From assembly GCF_009914755.1 (NCBI RefSeq), contig NC_060948.1: a stretch of 64,000 nucleotides of DNA; one strand, written 5' to 3'. The stretch is from the human T2T-CHM13v2.0 reference genome, Homo sapiens. This document shows, piece by piece, positions 38,510 to 59,980 of this stretch; the first letter of the stretch is position 1, and every line of letters begins with the position of its first letter. The position numbers and the translations under genes are program-made. The notes below the pieces were generated by a model that was given only the letters and a program-made list of their open reading frames with translations, was not told the origin of the DNA and searched no databases.

Positions 38510-40607
38510 AGATCCATATTTTTTAAATGAAAAAAAATTTCAAAGGTACTCTGCTTGGTACAATAATCAAATGTATAAACTGAGGAATAAAACATAACCA
38601 TGAAACCTACTTATAACTGCATATGGAAAATACAGAGGATAATTTTTTAAATAACATATTTTGAAAGCCTTAACTAGTAATTTGAAGAGTTGGCATTTGA
38701 AAGGCCAGTATGAATATACCTTCAAAGCAGCAACACAGGTTCCCCATGAGAAAAAGCAAACACAGGGAAAATAAAAACACAAAGGTTCAATCTCTTCTGA
38801 CCTTTGAAAGACACAGCACAGACAGTGGTCCTTAGGACGAAGAGCAGGAGACCCCTAATTCCGTCACCATGGCGATAGGGCATAAACATTGCTGGGTGAG
38901 GGCACAATCCACATTGTGAGGTCCAACTGCTGCCAGGAAGACAGGAGTGCTTTTACATAGACCGAAAGGTCATTGAAGGCTCAGAGTTTTGTTTCAAGAA
39001 CTGAATCCCAAGCCCACACGTTATTAGGCTGCGCTTCTTAAAACAAGTTATGAGATGGGAAAAAGGGCACCCACAAACATACGTATACATTATGTATATA
39101 ATAATATACAGTATCATATATATAATATATATAACCTATGTATAATATTGTTTTACATCCTGCATCCTATGTTATATATATTGTATAAAATATAATAATT
39201 GATAATATATAAGTTTTATAATTATACAATATGACATATAGTATATATTATAATTTATGACATATATAATATATGTTATATATCATATATAGAATATATT
39301 ATACGGTTAATATACGTATTAAATATAAATTATACATTATATATATTATATATAATATATCTGTTATATATAATACCCATTATGCATAATATATATATTA
39401 TGTCTATGTTATATATAGTATAAAACAACATATAATAATATATAATTGTATATATAAAATGCGACATATAATATATATTATATTTTATAACATATGTAAT
39501 ATATATTATATATAATACGTTGTATGTATAATACCTATATTAAATATATATTATATGACTATGTTATTAATTACATGTCACATGTGTTATATATTATATA
39601 TTTTACATAGAATATACCGGTTACATACAATATATACTATGTTACCTATAATGTATAATTTATTACAAGTAAAATAAAGAATGCAATATATTATGTATAA
39701 TTTATAATATACCATATGTGGAATGTGATATATATAACATATAATATATGATATATGATATACAGTATATGATATATAACATACAATATATGATTCCTAA
39801 TATATATGGTATACAATATATATTTTATGATATGTATTCTACATGTTTTATATTCTGTTATATATAACTATTTGAAATTATATATAACTGTATAATATTT
39901 TATGTAAATATGTAATATAATATATATAACTATATAATATATTATATATAACTATATATTATGTTATATATACTTTTATAACATAATTTACATAAAATAT
40001 CATAATATAATATATATTATATTATTTCATATTACATAATATATATTACATATCACCCAATATAACTAACATACATAATATTATAATATAGATTATATTG
40101 TGTTATATTAAATATCATATATATCATGTATCATATATTCTATAATATATATTACACATTATATAATATGTATGTTGTCTATTATGTGATATATATAACT
40201 ATATATATAATTATATTTTTATACATCTAACTAGATAAACATGTAATTCTACATATTTTCATTTATAATATGTAGAATTATATAATCATATATAATTATT
40301 TATATTCTATAAAAAATTTTATCATTATATAAATTATAATATATAAAAATTATAATATGTACTACAAATATATATATTATATATCATATATGATATAGTA
40401 CCTTTGTTATATATCATAATACATATAAATGTGTATTATGTTATCTATAATTATATAATTTCATATATAAGATGTATAATATGTATCATATATTATATAT
40501 GTTATGTAATATATATAGTATATATAAGATGACACAGGATAAATATTATATACTATGACATATAAAATATATGAGGTTATATGTTACATATAAGGCATAG
40601 CACATAA

Positions 40608-40922
<315 letters not shown>

Positions 40923-43027
40923 AGATCCATATTTTTTAAATGAAAAAAAATTTCAAAGGTACTCTGCTTGGTACAATAATCAAATGTATAAACTGAGGAA
41001 TAAAACATAACCATGAAACCTACTTATAACTGCATATGGAAAATACAGAGGATAATTTTTTAAATAACATATTTTGAAAGCCTTAACTAGTAATTTGAAG
41101 AGTTGGCATTTGAAAGGCCAGTATGAATATACCTTCAAAGCAGCAACACAGGTTCCCCATGAGAAAAAGCAAACACAGGGAAAATAAAAACACAAAGGTT
41201 CAATCTCTTCTGACCTTTGAAAGACACAGCACAGACAGTGGTCCTTAGGACGAAGAGCAGGAGACCCCTAATTCCGTCACCATGGCGATAGGGCATAAAC
41301 ATTGCTGGGTGAGGGCACAATCCACATTGTGAGGTCCAACTGCTGCCAGGAAGACAGGAGTGCTTTTACATAGACCGAAAGGTCATTGAAGGCTCAGAGT
41401 TTTGTTTCAAGAACTGAATCCCAAGCCCACACGTTATTAGGCTGCGCTTCTTAAAACAAGTTATGAGATGGGAAAAAGGGCACCCACAAACATACGTATA
41501 CATTATGTATATAATAATATACAGTATCATATATATAATATATATATCCTATGTATAATATTGTTTTACATCCTGCATCTTATGTTATATATATTGTATA
41601 AAATATAATAATTGATAATATATAAGATTTATAATTATACAATATGACATATAGTATATATTATAATTTATGACATATATAATATATGTTATATATCATA
41701 TATAGAATATATTATACGGTTAATATACGTATTAAATATAAATTATACATTATATATATTACATATAATATATCTGTTATATATAATACCCATTATGCAT
41801 AATATATATATTATGTCTATGTTATATATAGTACAAAACAACATATAATAATATATAATTGTATATATAAAATGCGACATAAAATATATATTATATTTTA
41901 TAACATATGTAATATATATTATATATTATATATAATACGTTGTATGTATAATACCTATATTAAATATATATTATATGACTATGTTATTAATTACATGTCA
42001 CATGTGTTATATATTATATATTTTACATAGAATATACCGGTTACATACAATATATACTATGACACCTATAATGTATAATTTATTACATGTAAAATAAAGA
42101 ATGCAATATATTATGTATAATTTATAATATACAATATGTGGAATGTGATATATATAACATATAATATATGATATATGATATACAGTATATGATATATGAC
42201 ATACAATATATGATTCCTAATATATATGGTATACAATACATATTTTATGATATGTATTCTATATGTTTTCTATTCTGTTACATATAACTATTGGAAATTA
42301 TATATAACTGTATAATATTTTATGAAAATATGTAATATAATATATATAACTATATAATATATTATATATAACTATATATTATGTTATATATACTTTTATA
42401 ACATAATTTACATAAAATAGCATAATATAATATATATTATATTATTTCATATTACATAATATATATTACATATCAACCAATATAACTAACATACATAATA
42501 TTATAATATAGATTATATTATGTTATATTAAATATCATATATGTCATGTATCATATATTCTATAATATATATTACACATTATATAATATGTATGTTGTCT
42601 ATTATGTGATATATATAACTATATATATAATTATATTTTTATACATATAACTAGATAAACATGTAATTCTACATATTTTCATTTATAATATGTAGAATTA
42701 TATAATCATATATAATTATTTATATTGTATAAAAAATTTTGTCATTATATAAATTATAATATATAAAAATTATAATATGTACTACAAATATATATATTAT
42801 ATATCATATATGATATAGTACCTTTGTTATATATCATAATACATATAAATGTGTATTATGTTATCTATAATTATATAATTTCATATATAAGATGTATAAT
42901 ATGTATCATATATTATATATGTTATGTAATATATATAGTATATATAAGATGACACAGGATAAATATTATATACTATGACATATAAAATATATGAGGTTAT
43001 ATGTTACATATAAGGCATAGCACATAA

Positions 43028-43342
<315 letters not shown>

Positions 43343-45446
43343 AGATCCATATTTTTTAAATGAAAAAAAATTTCAAAGGTACTCTGCTTGGTACAATAAT
43401 CAAATGTATAAACTGAGGAATAAAACATAACCATGAAACCTACTTATAACTGCATATGGAAAATACAGAGGATAATTTTTTAAATAACATATTTTGAAAG
43501 CCTTAACTAGTAATTTGAAGAGTTGGCATTTGAAAGGCCAGTATGAATATACCTTCAAAGCAGCAACACAGGTTCCCCATGAGAAAAAGCAAACACAGGG
43601 AAAATAAAAACACAAAGGTTCAATCTCTTCTGACCTTTGAAAGACACAGCACAGACAGTGGTCCTTAGGACGAAGAGCAGGAGACCCCTAATTCCGTCAC
43701 CATGGCGATAGGGCATAAACATTGCTGGGTGAGGGCACAATCCACATTGTGAGGTCCAACTGCTGCCAGGAAGACAGGAGTGCTTTTACATAGACCGAAA
43801 GGTCATTGAAGGCTCAGAGTTTTGTTTCAAGAACTGAATCCCAAGCCCACACGTTATTAGGCTGCGCTTCTTAAAACAAGTTATGAGATGGGAAAAAGGG
43901 CACCCACAAACATACGTATACATTATGTATATAATAATATACAGTATCATATATATAATATATATATCCTATGTATAATATTGTTTTACATCCTGCATCT
44001 TATGTTATATATATTGTATAAAATATAATAATTGATAATATATAAGTTTTATAATTATACAATATGACATATAGTATATATTATAATTTATGACATATAT
44101 AATATATGTTATATATCATATATAGAATATATTATACGGTTAATATACGTATTAAATATAAATTATACATTATATATATTACATATAATATATCTGTTAT
44201 ATATAATACCCATTATGCATAATATATATATTATGTCTATGTTATATATAGTACAAAACAACATATAATAATATATAATTGTATATATAAAATGCGACAT
44301 AAAATATATATTATATTTTATAACATATGTAATATATATTATATATTATATATAATACGTTGTATGTATAATACCTATATTAAATATATATTATATGACT
44401 ATGTTATTAATTACATGTCACATGTGTTATATATTATATATTTTACATAGAATATACCGGATACATACAATATATACTATGTTACCTATAATGTATAATT
44501 TATTACATGTAAAATAAAGAATGCAATATATTATGTAAAATTTATAATATACCATATGTGGAATGTGATATATATAACATATAATATATGATATATGATG
44601 TCAAGTATATGATATATAACATACAATATATGATTCCTAATATATATGGTATACAATATATATTTTATGATATGTATTCTATATGTTTTATATTCTGTTA
44701 TATATAACTATTTGAAATTATATATAACTGTATAATATTTTATGTAAATATGTAATATAATATATATAACTATATAATATATTATATATAACTATATATT
44801 ATGTTATATATACTTTTATAACATAATTTACATAAAATATCATAATATAATATATATTATATTATTTCATATTACATAAAATATATTACATATCACCCAA
44901 TATAACTAACATACATAATATTATAATATAGATTATATTATGTTATAATAAATATCATATATATCATATATCATATATTCTATAATATATATTACACATT
45001 ATATAATATGTATGTTGTCTATTATGTGATATATATAACTATATATATAATTATATTTTTATACATATAACTAGATAAACATGTAATTCTACATATTTTC
45101 ATTTATAATATGTAGAATTATATAATCATATATAATTATTTATATTCTAAAAAAATTTTATCATTATATAAATTATAATATATAAAAATTATAATATGTA
45201 CTACAAATATATATATTATATATCATATATGCTATAGTACCTTTGTTATATATCATAATACATATAAATGTGTATTATGTTATCTATAATTATATAATTT
45301 CATATATAAGTTGTATAATATGTATCATATATTATATATGTTATGTAATATATATAGTATATATAAGATGACACAGGATAAATATTATATACTATGACAT
45401 ATAAAATATTTGAGGTTATATGTTACATATAAGGCATAGCACATAA

Positions 45447-45761
<315 letters not shown>

Positions 45762-47865
45762 AGATCCATATTTTTTAAATGAAAAAAAATTTCAAAGGTA
45801 CTCTGCTTGGTACAATAATCAAATGTATAAACTGAGGAATAAAACATAACCATGAAACCTACTTATAACTGCATATGGAAAATACAGAGGATAATTTTTT
45901 AAATAACATATTTTGAAAGCCTTAACTAGTAATTTGAAGAGTTGGCATTTGAAAGGCCAGTATGAATATACCTTCAAAGCAGCAACACAGGTTCCCCATG
46001 AGAAAAAGCAAACACAGGGAAAATAAAAACACAAAGGTTCAATCTCTTCTGACCTTTGAAAGACACAGCACAGACAGTGGTCCTTAGGACGAAGAGCAGG
46101 AGACCCCTAATTCCGTCACCATGGCGATAGGGCATAAACATTGCTGGGTGAGGGCACAATCCACATTGTGAGGTCCAACTGCTGCCAGGAAGACAGGAGT
46201 GCTTTTACATAGACCGAAAGGTCATTGAAGGCTCAGAGTTTTGTTTCAAGAACTGAATCCCAAGCCCACACGTTATTAGGCTGCGCTTCTTAAAACAAGT
46301 TATGAGATGGGAAAAAGGGCACCCACAAACATACGTATACATTATGTATATAATAATATACAGTATCATATATATAATATATATAACCTATGTATAATAT
46401 TGTTTTACATCCTGCATCTTATGTTATATATATTGTATAAAATATAATAATTGATAATATATAAGTTTTATATTTATACAATATGACATATAGTATATAT
46501 TATAATTTATGACATATATAATATATGTTATATATCATATATAGAATATATTATACGGTTAACATACGTATTAAATATAAATTATGCATTATATATATTA
46601 TATATAATATATCTGTTATATATAATACCCATTATGCATAATATATATATTATGTCTATGTTATATATAGTATAAAACAACATATAATAATATATAATTG
46701 TATATATAAAATGCGACATATAATATATATTATATTTTATAACATATGTAATATATATTATATATTATATATAATACGTTGTATGTATAATACCTATATT
46801 AAATATATATTATATGACTATGTTATTAATTACATGTCACATGTGTTATATATTATATATTTTACATAGAATATACCGGATACATACAATATATACTATG
46901 TTACCTATAATGTATAATTTATTACATGTAAAATAAAGAATGCAATATATTATGTAAAATTTATAATATACCATATGTGGAATGTGATATATATAACATA
47001 TAATATATGATATATGATGTCAAGTATATGATATATAACATACAATATATGATTCCTAATATATATGGTATACAATATATATTTTATGATATGTATTCTA
47101 TATGTTTTATATTCTGTTATATATAACTATTTGAAATTATATATAACTGTATAATATTTTATGTAAATATGTAATATAATATATATAACTATATAATATA
47201 TTATATATAACTATATATTATGTTATATATACTTTTATAACATAATTTACATAAAATATCATAATATAATATATATTATATTATTTCATATTACATAAAA
47301 TATATTACATATCACCCAATATAACTAACATACATAATATTATAATATAGATTATATTATGTTATAATAAATATCATATATATCATATATCATATATTCT
47401 ATAATATATATTACACATTATATAATATGTATGTTGTCTATTATGTGATATATATAACTATATATATAATTATATTTTTATACATATAACTAGATAAACA
47501 TGTAATTCTACATATTTTCATTTATAATATGTAGAATTATATAATCATATATAATTATTTATATTCTAAAAAAATTTTATCATTATATAAATTATAATAT
47601 ATAAAAATTATAATATGTACTACAAATATATATATTATATATCATATATGCTATAGTACCTTTGTTATATATCATAATACATATAAATGTGTATTATGTT
47701 ATCTATAATTATATAATTTCATATATAAGTTGTATAATATGTATCATATATTATATATGTTATGTAATATATATAGTATATATAAGATGACACAGGATAA
47801 ATATTATATACTATGACATATAAAATATTTGAGGTTATATGTTACATATAAGGCATAGCACATAA

Positions 47866-48180
<315 letters not shown>

Positions 48181-50284
48181 AGATCCATATTTTTTAAATG
48201 AAAAAAAATTTCAAAGGTACTCTGCTTGGTACAATAATCAAATGTATAAACTGAGGAATAAAACATAACCATGAAACCTACTTATAACTGCATATGGAAA
48301 ATACAGAGGATAATTTTTTAAATAACATATTTTGAAAGCCTTAACTAGTAATTTGAAGAGTTGGCATTTGAAAGGCCAGTATGAATATACCTTCAAAGCA
48401 GCAACACAGGTTCCCCATGAGAAAAAGCAAACACAGGGAAAATAAAAACACAAAGGTTCAATCTCTTCTGACCTTTGAAAGACACAGCACAGACAGTGGT
48501 CCTTAGGACGAAGAGCAGGAGACCCCTAATTCCGTCACCATGGCGATAGGGCATAAACATTGCTGGGTGAGGGCACAATCCACATTGTGAGGTCCAACTG
48601 CTGCCAGGAAGACAGGAGTGCTTTTACATAGACCGAAAGGTCATTGAAGGCTCAGAGTTTTGTTTCAAGAACTGAATCCCAAGCCCACACGTTATTAGGC
48701 TGCGCTTCTTAAAACAAGTTATGAGATGGGAAAAAGGGCACCCACAAACATACGTATACATTATGTATATAATAATATACAGTATCATATATATAATATA
48801 TATAACCTATGTATAATATTGTTTTACATCCTGCATCTTATGTTATATATATTGTATAAAATATAATAATTGATAATATATAAGTTTTATATTTATACAA
48901 TATGACATATAGTATATATTATAATTTATGACATATATAATATATGTTATATATCATATATAGAATATATTATACGGTTAACATACGTATTAAATATAAA
49001 TTATGCATTATATATATTATATATAATATATCTGTTATATATAATACCCATTATGCATAATATATATATTATGTCTATGTTATATATAGTATAAAACAAC
49101 ATATAATAATATATAATTGTATATATAAAATGCGACATATAATATATATTATATTTTATAACATATGTAATATATATTATATATTATATATAATACGTTG
49201 TATGTATAATACCTATATTAAATATATATTATATGACTATGTTATTAATTACATGTCACATGTGTTATATATTATATATTTTACATAGAATATACCGGAT
49301 ACATACAATATATACTATGTTACCTATAATGTATAATTTATTACATGTAAAATAAAGAATGCAATATATTATGTAAAATTTATAATATACCATATGTGGA
49401 ATGTGATATATATAACATATAATATATGATATATGATGTCAAGTATATGATATATAACATACAATATATGATTCCTAATATATATGGTATACAATATATA
49501 TTTTATGATATGTATTCTATATGTTTTATATTCTGTTATATATAACTATTTGAAATTATATATAACTGTATAATATTTTATGTAAATATGTAATATAATA
49601 TATATAACTATATAATATATTATATATAACTATATATTATGTTATATATACTTTTATAACATAATTTACATAAAATATCATAATATAATATATATTATAT
49701 TATTTCATATTACATAAAATATATTACATATCACCCAATATAACTAACATACATAATATTATAATATAGATTATATTATGTTATAATAAATATCATATAT
49801 ATCATATATCATATATTCTATAATATATATTACACATTATATAATATGTATGTTGTCTATTATGTGATATATATAACTATATATATAATTATATTTTTAT
49901 ACATATAACTAGATAAACATGTAATTCTACATATTTTCATTTATAATATGTAGAATTATATAATCATATATAATTATTTATATTCTAAAAAAATTTTATC
50001 ATTATATAAATTATAATATATAAAAATTATAATATGTACTACAAATATATATATTATATATCATATATGCTATAGTACCTTTGTTATATATCATAATACA
50101 TATAAATGTGTATTATGTTATCTATAATTATATAATTTCATATATAAGTTGTATAATATGTATCATATATTATATATGTTATGTAATATATATAGTATAT
50201 ATAAGATGACACAGGATAAATATTATATACTATGACATATAAAATATTTGAGGTTATATGTTACATATAAGGCATAGCACATAA

Positions 50285-50599
<315 letters not shown>

Positions 50600-52703
50600 A
50601 GATCCATATTTTTTAAATGAAAAAAAATTTCAAAGGTACTCTGCTTGGTACAATAATCAAATGTATAAACTGAGGAATAAAACATAACCATGAAACCTAC
50701 TTATAACTGCATATGGAAAATACAGAGGATAATTTTTTAAATAACATATTTTGAAAGCCTTAACTAGTAATTTGAAGAGTTGGCATTTGAAAGGCCAGTA
50801 TGAATATACCTTCAAAGCAGCAACACAGGTTCCCCATGAGAAAAAGCAAACACAGGGAAAATAAAAACACAAAGGTTCAATCTCTTCTGACCTTTGAAAG
50901 ACACAGCACAGACAGTGGTCCTTAGGACGAAGAGCAGGAGACCCCTAATTCCGTCACCATGGCGATAGGGCATAAACATTGCTGGGTGAGGGCACAATCC
51001 ACATTGTGAGGTCCAACTGCTGCCAGGAAGACAGGAGTGCTTTTACATAGACCGAAAGGTCATTGAAGGCTCAGAGTTTTCTTTCAAGAACTGAATCCCA
51101 AGCCCACACGTTATTAGGCTGCGCTTCTTAAAACAAGTTATGAGATGGGAAAAAGGGCACCCACAAACATACGTATACATTATGTATATAATAATATACA
51201 GTATCATATATATAATATATATAACCTATGTATAATATTGTTTTACATCCTGCATCTTATGTTATATATATTGTATAAAATATAATAATTGATAATATAT
51301 AAGTTTTATATTTATACAATATGACATATAGTATATATTATAATTTATGACATATATAATATATGCTATATATCATATATAGAATATATTATACGGTTAA
51401 CATACGTATTAAATATAAATTATGCATTATATATATTATATATAATATATCTGTTATATATAATACCCATTATGCATAATATATATATTATGTCTATGTT
51501 ATATATAGTATAAAACAACATATAATAATATATAATTGTATATATAAAATGCGACATATAATATATATTATATTTTATAACATATGTAATATATATTATA
51601 TATTATATATAATACGTTGTATGTATAATACCTATATTAAATATATATTATATGACTATGTTATTAATTACATGTCACATGTGTTATATATTATATATTT
51701 TACATAGAATATACCGGATACATACAATATATACTATGTTACCTATAATGTATAATTTATTACATGTAAAATAAAGAATGCAATATATTATGTAAAATTT
51801 ATAATATACCATATGTGGAATGTGATATATATAACATATAATATATGATATATGATGTCAAGTATATGATATATAACATACAATATATGATTCCTAATAT
51901 ATATGGTATACAATATATATTTTATGATATGTATTCTATATGTTTTATATTCTGTTATATATAACTATTTGAAATTATATATAACTGTATAATATTTTAT
52001 GTAAATATGTAATATAATATATATAACTATATAATATATTATATATAACTATATATTATGTTATATATACTTTTATAACATAATTTACATAAAATATCAT
52101 AATATAATATATATTATATTATTTCATATTACATAAAATATATTACATATCACCCAATATAACTAACATACATAATATTATAATATAGATTATATTATGT
52201 TATAATAAATATCATATATATCATATATCATATATTCTATAATATATATTACACATTATATAATATGTATGTTGTCTATTATGTGATATATATAACTATA
52301 TATATAATTATATTTTTATACATATAACTAGATAAACATGTAATTCTACATATTTTCATTTATAATATGTAGAATTATATAATCATATATAATTATTTAT
52401 ATTCTAAAAAAATTTTATCATTATATAAATTATAATATATAAAAATTATAATATGTACTACAAATATATATATTATATATCATATATGCTATAGTACCTT
52501 TGTTATATATCATAATACATATAAATGTGTATTATGTTATCTATAATTATATAATTTCATATATAAGTTGTATAATATGTATCATATATTATATATGTTA
52601 TGTAATATATATAGTATATATAAGATGACACAGGATAAATATTATATACTATGACATATAAAATATTTGAGGTTATATGTTACATATAAGGCATAGCACA
52701 TAA

Positions 52704-53018
<315 letters not shown>

Positions 53019-55120
53019 AGATCCATATTTTTTAAATGAAAAAAAATTTCAAAGGTACTCTGCTTGGTACAATAATCAAATGTATAAACTGAGGAATAAA
53101 ACATAACCATGAAACCTACTTATAACTGCATATGGAAAATACAGAGGATAATTTTTTAAATAACATATTTTGAAAGCCTTAACTAGTAATTTGAAGAGTT
53201 GGCATTTGAAAGGCCAGTATGAATATACCTTCAAAGCAGCAACACAGGTTCCCCATGAGAAAAAGCAAACACAGGGAAAATAAAAACACAAAGGTTCAAT
53301 CTCTTCTGACCTTTGAAAGACACAGCACAGACAGTGGTCCTTAGGACGAAGAGCAGGAGACCCCTAATTCCGTCACCATGGCGATAGGGCATAAACATTG
53401 CTGGGTGAGGGCACAATCCACATTGTGAGGTCCAACTGCTGCCAGGAAGACAGGAGTGCTTTTACATAGACCGAAAGGTCATTGAAGGCTCAGAGTTTTG
53501 TTTCAAGAACTGAATCCCAAGCCCACACGTTATTAGGCTGCGCTTCTTAAAACAAGTTATGAGATGGGAAAAAGGGCACCCACAAACATACGTATACATT
53601 ATGTATATAATAATATACAGTATCATATATATAATATATATAACCTATGTATAATATTGTTTTACATCCTGCATCTTATGTTATATATAGTATAAAATAT
53701 AATAATTGATAATATATAAGTTTTATATTTATACAATATGACATATAGTATATATTATAATTTATGACATATATAATATATGTTATATATCATATATAGA
53801 ATATATTATACGGTTAACATACGTATTAAATATAAATTATGCATTATATATATTATATATAATATATCTGTTATATATAATACCCATTATGCATAATATA
53901 TATATTATGTCTATGTTATATATAGTATAAAACAACATATAATAATATATAATTGTATATATAAAATGCGACATATAATATATATTATATTTTATAACAT
54001 ATGTAATATATATTATATATTATATATAATACGTTGTATGTATAATACCTATATTAAATATATATTATATGACTATGTTATTAATTACATGTCACATGTG
54101 TTATATATTATATATTTTACATAGAATATACCGGATACATACAATATATACTATGTTACCTATAATGTATAATTTATTACATGTAAAATAAAGAATGCAA
54201 TATATTATGTAAAATTTATAATATACCATATGTGGAATGTGATATATATAACATATAATATATGATATATGATGTCAAGTATATGATATATAACATACAA
54301 TATATGATTCCTAATATATATGGTATACAATATATATTTTATGATATGTATTCTATATGTTTTATATTCTGTTATATATAACTATTTGAAATTATATATA
54401 ACTGTATAATATTTTATGTAAATATGTAATATAATATATATAACTATATAATATATTATATATAACTATATATTATGTTATATATACTTTTATAACATAA
54501 TTTACATAAAATATCATAATATAATATATATTATATTATTTCATATTACATAAAATATATTACATATCACCCAATATAACTAACATACATAATATTATAA
54601 TATAGATTATATTATGTTATAATAAATATCATATATATCATATATCATATATTCTATAATATATATTACACATTATATAATATGTATGTTGTCTATTATG
54701 TGATATATATAACTATATATATAATTATATTTTTATACATATAACTAGATAAACATGTAATTCTACATATTTTCATTTATAATATGTAGAATTATATAAT
54801 CATATATAATTATTTATATTCTAAAAAAATTTTATCATTATATAAATTATAATATATAAAAATTATAATATGTACTACAAATATATATATTATATATCAT
54901 ATATGCTATAGTACCTTTGTTATATATCATAATACATATAAATGTGTATTATGTTATCTATAATTATATAATTTCATATATAAGTTGTATAATATGTATC
55001 ATATATTATATATGTTATGTAATATATATAGTATATATAAGATGACACAGGATAAATATTATATACTATGACATATAAAATATTTGAGGTTATATGTTAC
55101 ATATAAGGCATAGCACATAA

Positions 55121-55435
<315 letters not shown>

Positions 55436-57539
55436 AGATCCATATTTTTTAAATGAAAAAAAATTTCAAAGGTACTCTGCTTGGTACAATAATCAAATGT
55501 ATAAACTGAGGAATAAAACATAACCATGAAACCTACTTATAACTGCATATGGAAAATACAGAGGATAATTTTTTAAATAACATATTTTGAAAGCCTTAAC
55601 TAGTAATTTGAAGAGTTGGCATTTGAAAGGCCAGTATGAATATACCTTCAAAGCAGCAACACAGGTTCCCCATGAGAAAAAGCAAACACAGGGAAAATAA
55701 AAACACAAAGGTTCAATCTCTTCTGACCTTTGAAAGACACAGCACAGACAGTGGTCCTTAGGACGAAGAGCAGGAGACCCCTAATTCCGTCACCATGGCG
55801 ATAGGGCATAAACATTGCTGGGTGAGGGCACAATCCACATTGTGAGGTCCAACTGCTGCCAGGAAGACAGGAGTGCTTTTACATAGACCGAAAGGTCATT
55901 GAAGGCTCAGAGTTTTCTTTCAAGAACTGAATCCCAAGCCCACACGTTATTAGGCTGCGCTTCTTAAAACAAGTTATGAGATGGGAAAAAGGGCACCCAC
56001 AAACATACGTATACATTATGTATATAATAATATACAGTATCATATATATAATATATATAACCTATGTATAATATTGTTTTACATCCTGCATCTTATGTTA
56101 TATATATTGTATAAAATATAATAATTGATAATATATAAGTTTTATATTTATACAATATGACATATAGTATATATTATAATTTATGACATATATAATATAT
56201 GTTATATATCATATATAGAATATATTATACGGTTAACATACGTATTAAATATAAATTATGCATTATATATATTATATATAATATATCTGTTATATATAAT
56301 ACCCATTATGCATAATATATATATTATGTCTATGTTATATATAGTATAAAACAACATATAATAATATATAATTGTATATATAAAATGCGACATATAATAT
56401 ATATTATATTTTATAACATATGTAATATATATTATATATTATATATAATACGTTGTATGTATAATACCTATATTAAATATATATTATATGACTATGTTAT
56501 TAATTACATGTCACATGTGTTATATATTATATATTTTACATAGAATATACCGGATACATACAATATATACTATGTTACCTATAATGTATAATTTATTACA
56601 TGTAAAATAAAGAATGCAATATATTATGTAAAATTTATAATATACCATATGTGGAATGTGATATATATAACATATAATATATGATATATGATGTCAAGTA
56701 TATGATATATAACATACAATATATGATTCCTAATATATATGGTATACAATATATATTTTATGATATGTATTCTATATGTTTTATATTCTGTTATATATAA
56801 CTATTTGAAATTATATATAACTGTATAATATTTTATGTAAATATGTAATATAATATATATAACTATATAATATATTATATATAACTATATATTATGTTAT
56901 ATATACTTTTATAACATAATTTACATAAAATATCATAATATAATATATATTATATTATTTCATATTACATAAAATATATTACATATCACCCAATATAACT
57001 AACATACATAATATTATAATATAGATTATATTATGTTATAATAAATATCATATATATCATATATCATATATTCTATAATATATATTACACATTATATAAT
57101 ATGTATGTTGTCTATTATGTGATATATATAACTATATATATAATTATATTTTTATACATATAACTAGATAAACATGTAATTCTACATATTTTCATTTATA
57201 ATATGTAGAATTATATAATCATATATAATTATTTATATTCTAAAAAAATTTTATCATTATATAAATTATAATATATAAAAATTATAATATGTACTACAAA
57301 TATATATATTATATATCATATATGCTATAGTACCTTTGTTATATATCATAATACATATAAATGTGTATTATGTTATCTATAATTATATAATTTCATATAT
57401 AAGTTGTATAATATGTATCATATATTATATATGTTATGTAATATATATAGTATATATAAGATGACACAGGATAAATATTATATACTATGACATATAAAAT
57501 ATATGAGGTTATATGTTACATATAAGGCATAGCACATAA

Positions 57540-57854
<315 letters not shown>

Positions 57855-59980
57855 AGATCCCTATTTTTTAAATGAAAAAAAATTTCAAAGGTACTCTGCT
57901 TGGTACAATAATCAAATGTATAAACTGAGGAATAAAACATAACCATGAAACCTACTTATAACTGCATATGGAAAATAGAGAGGATAATTTTTTAAATAAC
58001 ATATTTTGAAAGCTTTAACTAGTAATTTGAAGAGCTGGCATTTGAAAGGCCAGTATGAATATACCTTCAAAGCAGCAACACAGGTTCCCCATGAGAAAAA
58101 GCAAACACAGGGAAAATAAAAACACAAAGGTTCAATCTCTTCTGACCTTTGAAAGACACAGCACAGACAGTGGTCCTTAGGACGAAGAGCAGGAGACCCC
58201 ACTTCCGTCACCATGGCGATAGGGCATAAACATTGCTGGGTGAGGGCACAATCCACATTGTGAGGTCCAACTGCTGCCAGGAAGACAGGAGTGCTTTTAC
58301 ATAGACCGAAAGGTCATTGAAGGCTCAGAGTTTTGTTTCAAGAACTGAATCCCAAGCCCACACGTTATTAGGCTGCGCTTCTTAAAACAAGTTATGAGAT
58401 GGGAAAAAGGGCACCCACAAACATACGTATACATTATGTATATAATAATATACAGTATCATATATATAATATATATAACCTATGTATAATATTGTTTTAC
58501 ATCCTGCATCTTATGTTATATATATTGTATAAAATATAATAATTGATAATATATAATTTTATATTTATACAATATGACATATAGTATATATTATAATTTA
58601 TGACATATATAATATATGTTATATGTCATATATAGAATATATTATACGGTTAATATACGTATTAAATATAAATTATACATTATATATATTATATATAATA
58701 TATCTGTTATATATAATACCCATTATGCATAATATATATATTATGTCTATGTTATATATAGTATAAAACAACATATAATAATATATAATTGTATATATAA
58801 AATGCGACATATAATATATATTATATTTTATAACATATGAAATATATATTATATATTATATATAATACGTTGTATGTATAATACCTATATTAAATATATA
58901 TTATATGACTATGTTATTGATTACATGTCACATGTGTTATATATTATATATTTTACATAGAATATACCGGTTACATACAATATATACCATGTTACCTATA
59001 ATGTATAATTTATTACATGTAAAATAAAGAATGCAATATATTATGTATAATTTATAATATACAATATGTGGAATGTGATATATATAACATATAATATATG
59101 ATATATGATATACAGTATATGATATATAACATACAATATATGATTCCTAATATATATGGTATACAATATATATTTTATGATATGTATTCTATATGTTTTA
59201 TATTCTGTTATATATAACTATTTGAAATTATATATAACTGTATAATATTTTATGTAAATATGTAATATAATATATATAACTATATAATATATTATATATA
59301 ACTATATATTATGTTATATATACTTTTATAACATAATTTACATAAAATATCATAATATAATATATATTATATTATTTCATATTACATAATATATATTACA
59401 TATCACCCAATATAACTAACATACATAATATTATAATATAGATTATATTGTGTTATATTAAATATCATATATATCATGTATCATATATTCTATAATATAT
59501 ATTACACATTATATAATATGTATGTTGTCTATTATGTGATATATATAACTATATATATAATTATATTTTTATACATATAACTAGATAAACATGTAATTCT
59601 ACATATTTTCATTTATAATATGTAGAATTATATAATCATATATAATTATTTATATTCTATAAAAAATTTTATCATTATATAAATTATAATATATAAAAAT
59701 TATAATATGTACTAGAAATATATATATTATATATCATATATGCTATAGTACCTTTGTTATATTTCATAATACATATAAATGTGTATTATGTTATCTATAA
59801 TTATATAATTTCATATATAAGATGTATAATATGTATCATATATTATATATGTTATGTAATATATATAGTATATATAAGATGACACAGGATAAATATTATA
59901 TACTATGACATATAAAATATATGAGGTTATATGCTACATATAAGGCATAGCACATAACATTTAATATATTTCATATATAA

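Noticed and set aside
57912-58256. 114 aa ORF, the longest in the window
   Set aside because: A 1 bp deletion near 58200 joins an upstream frame to the 71 aa ORF in one divergent unit; chance product.
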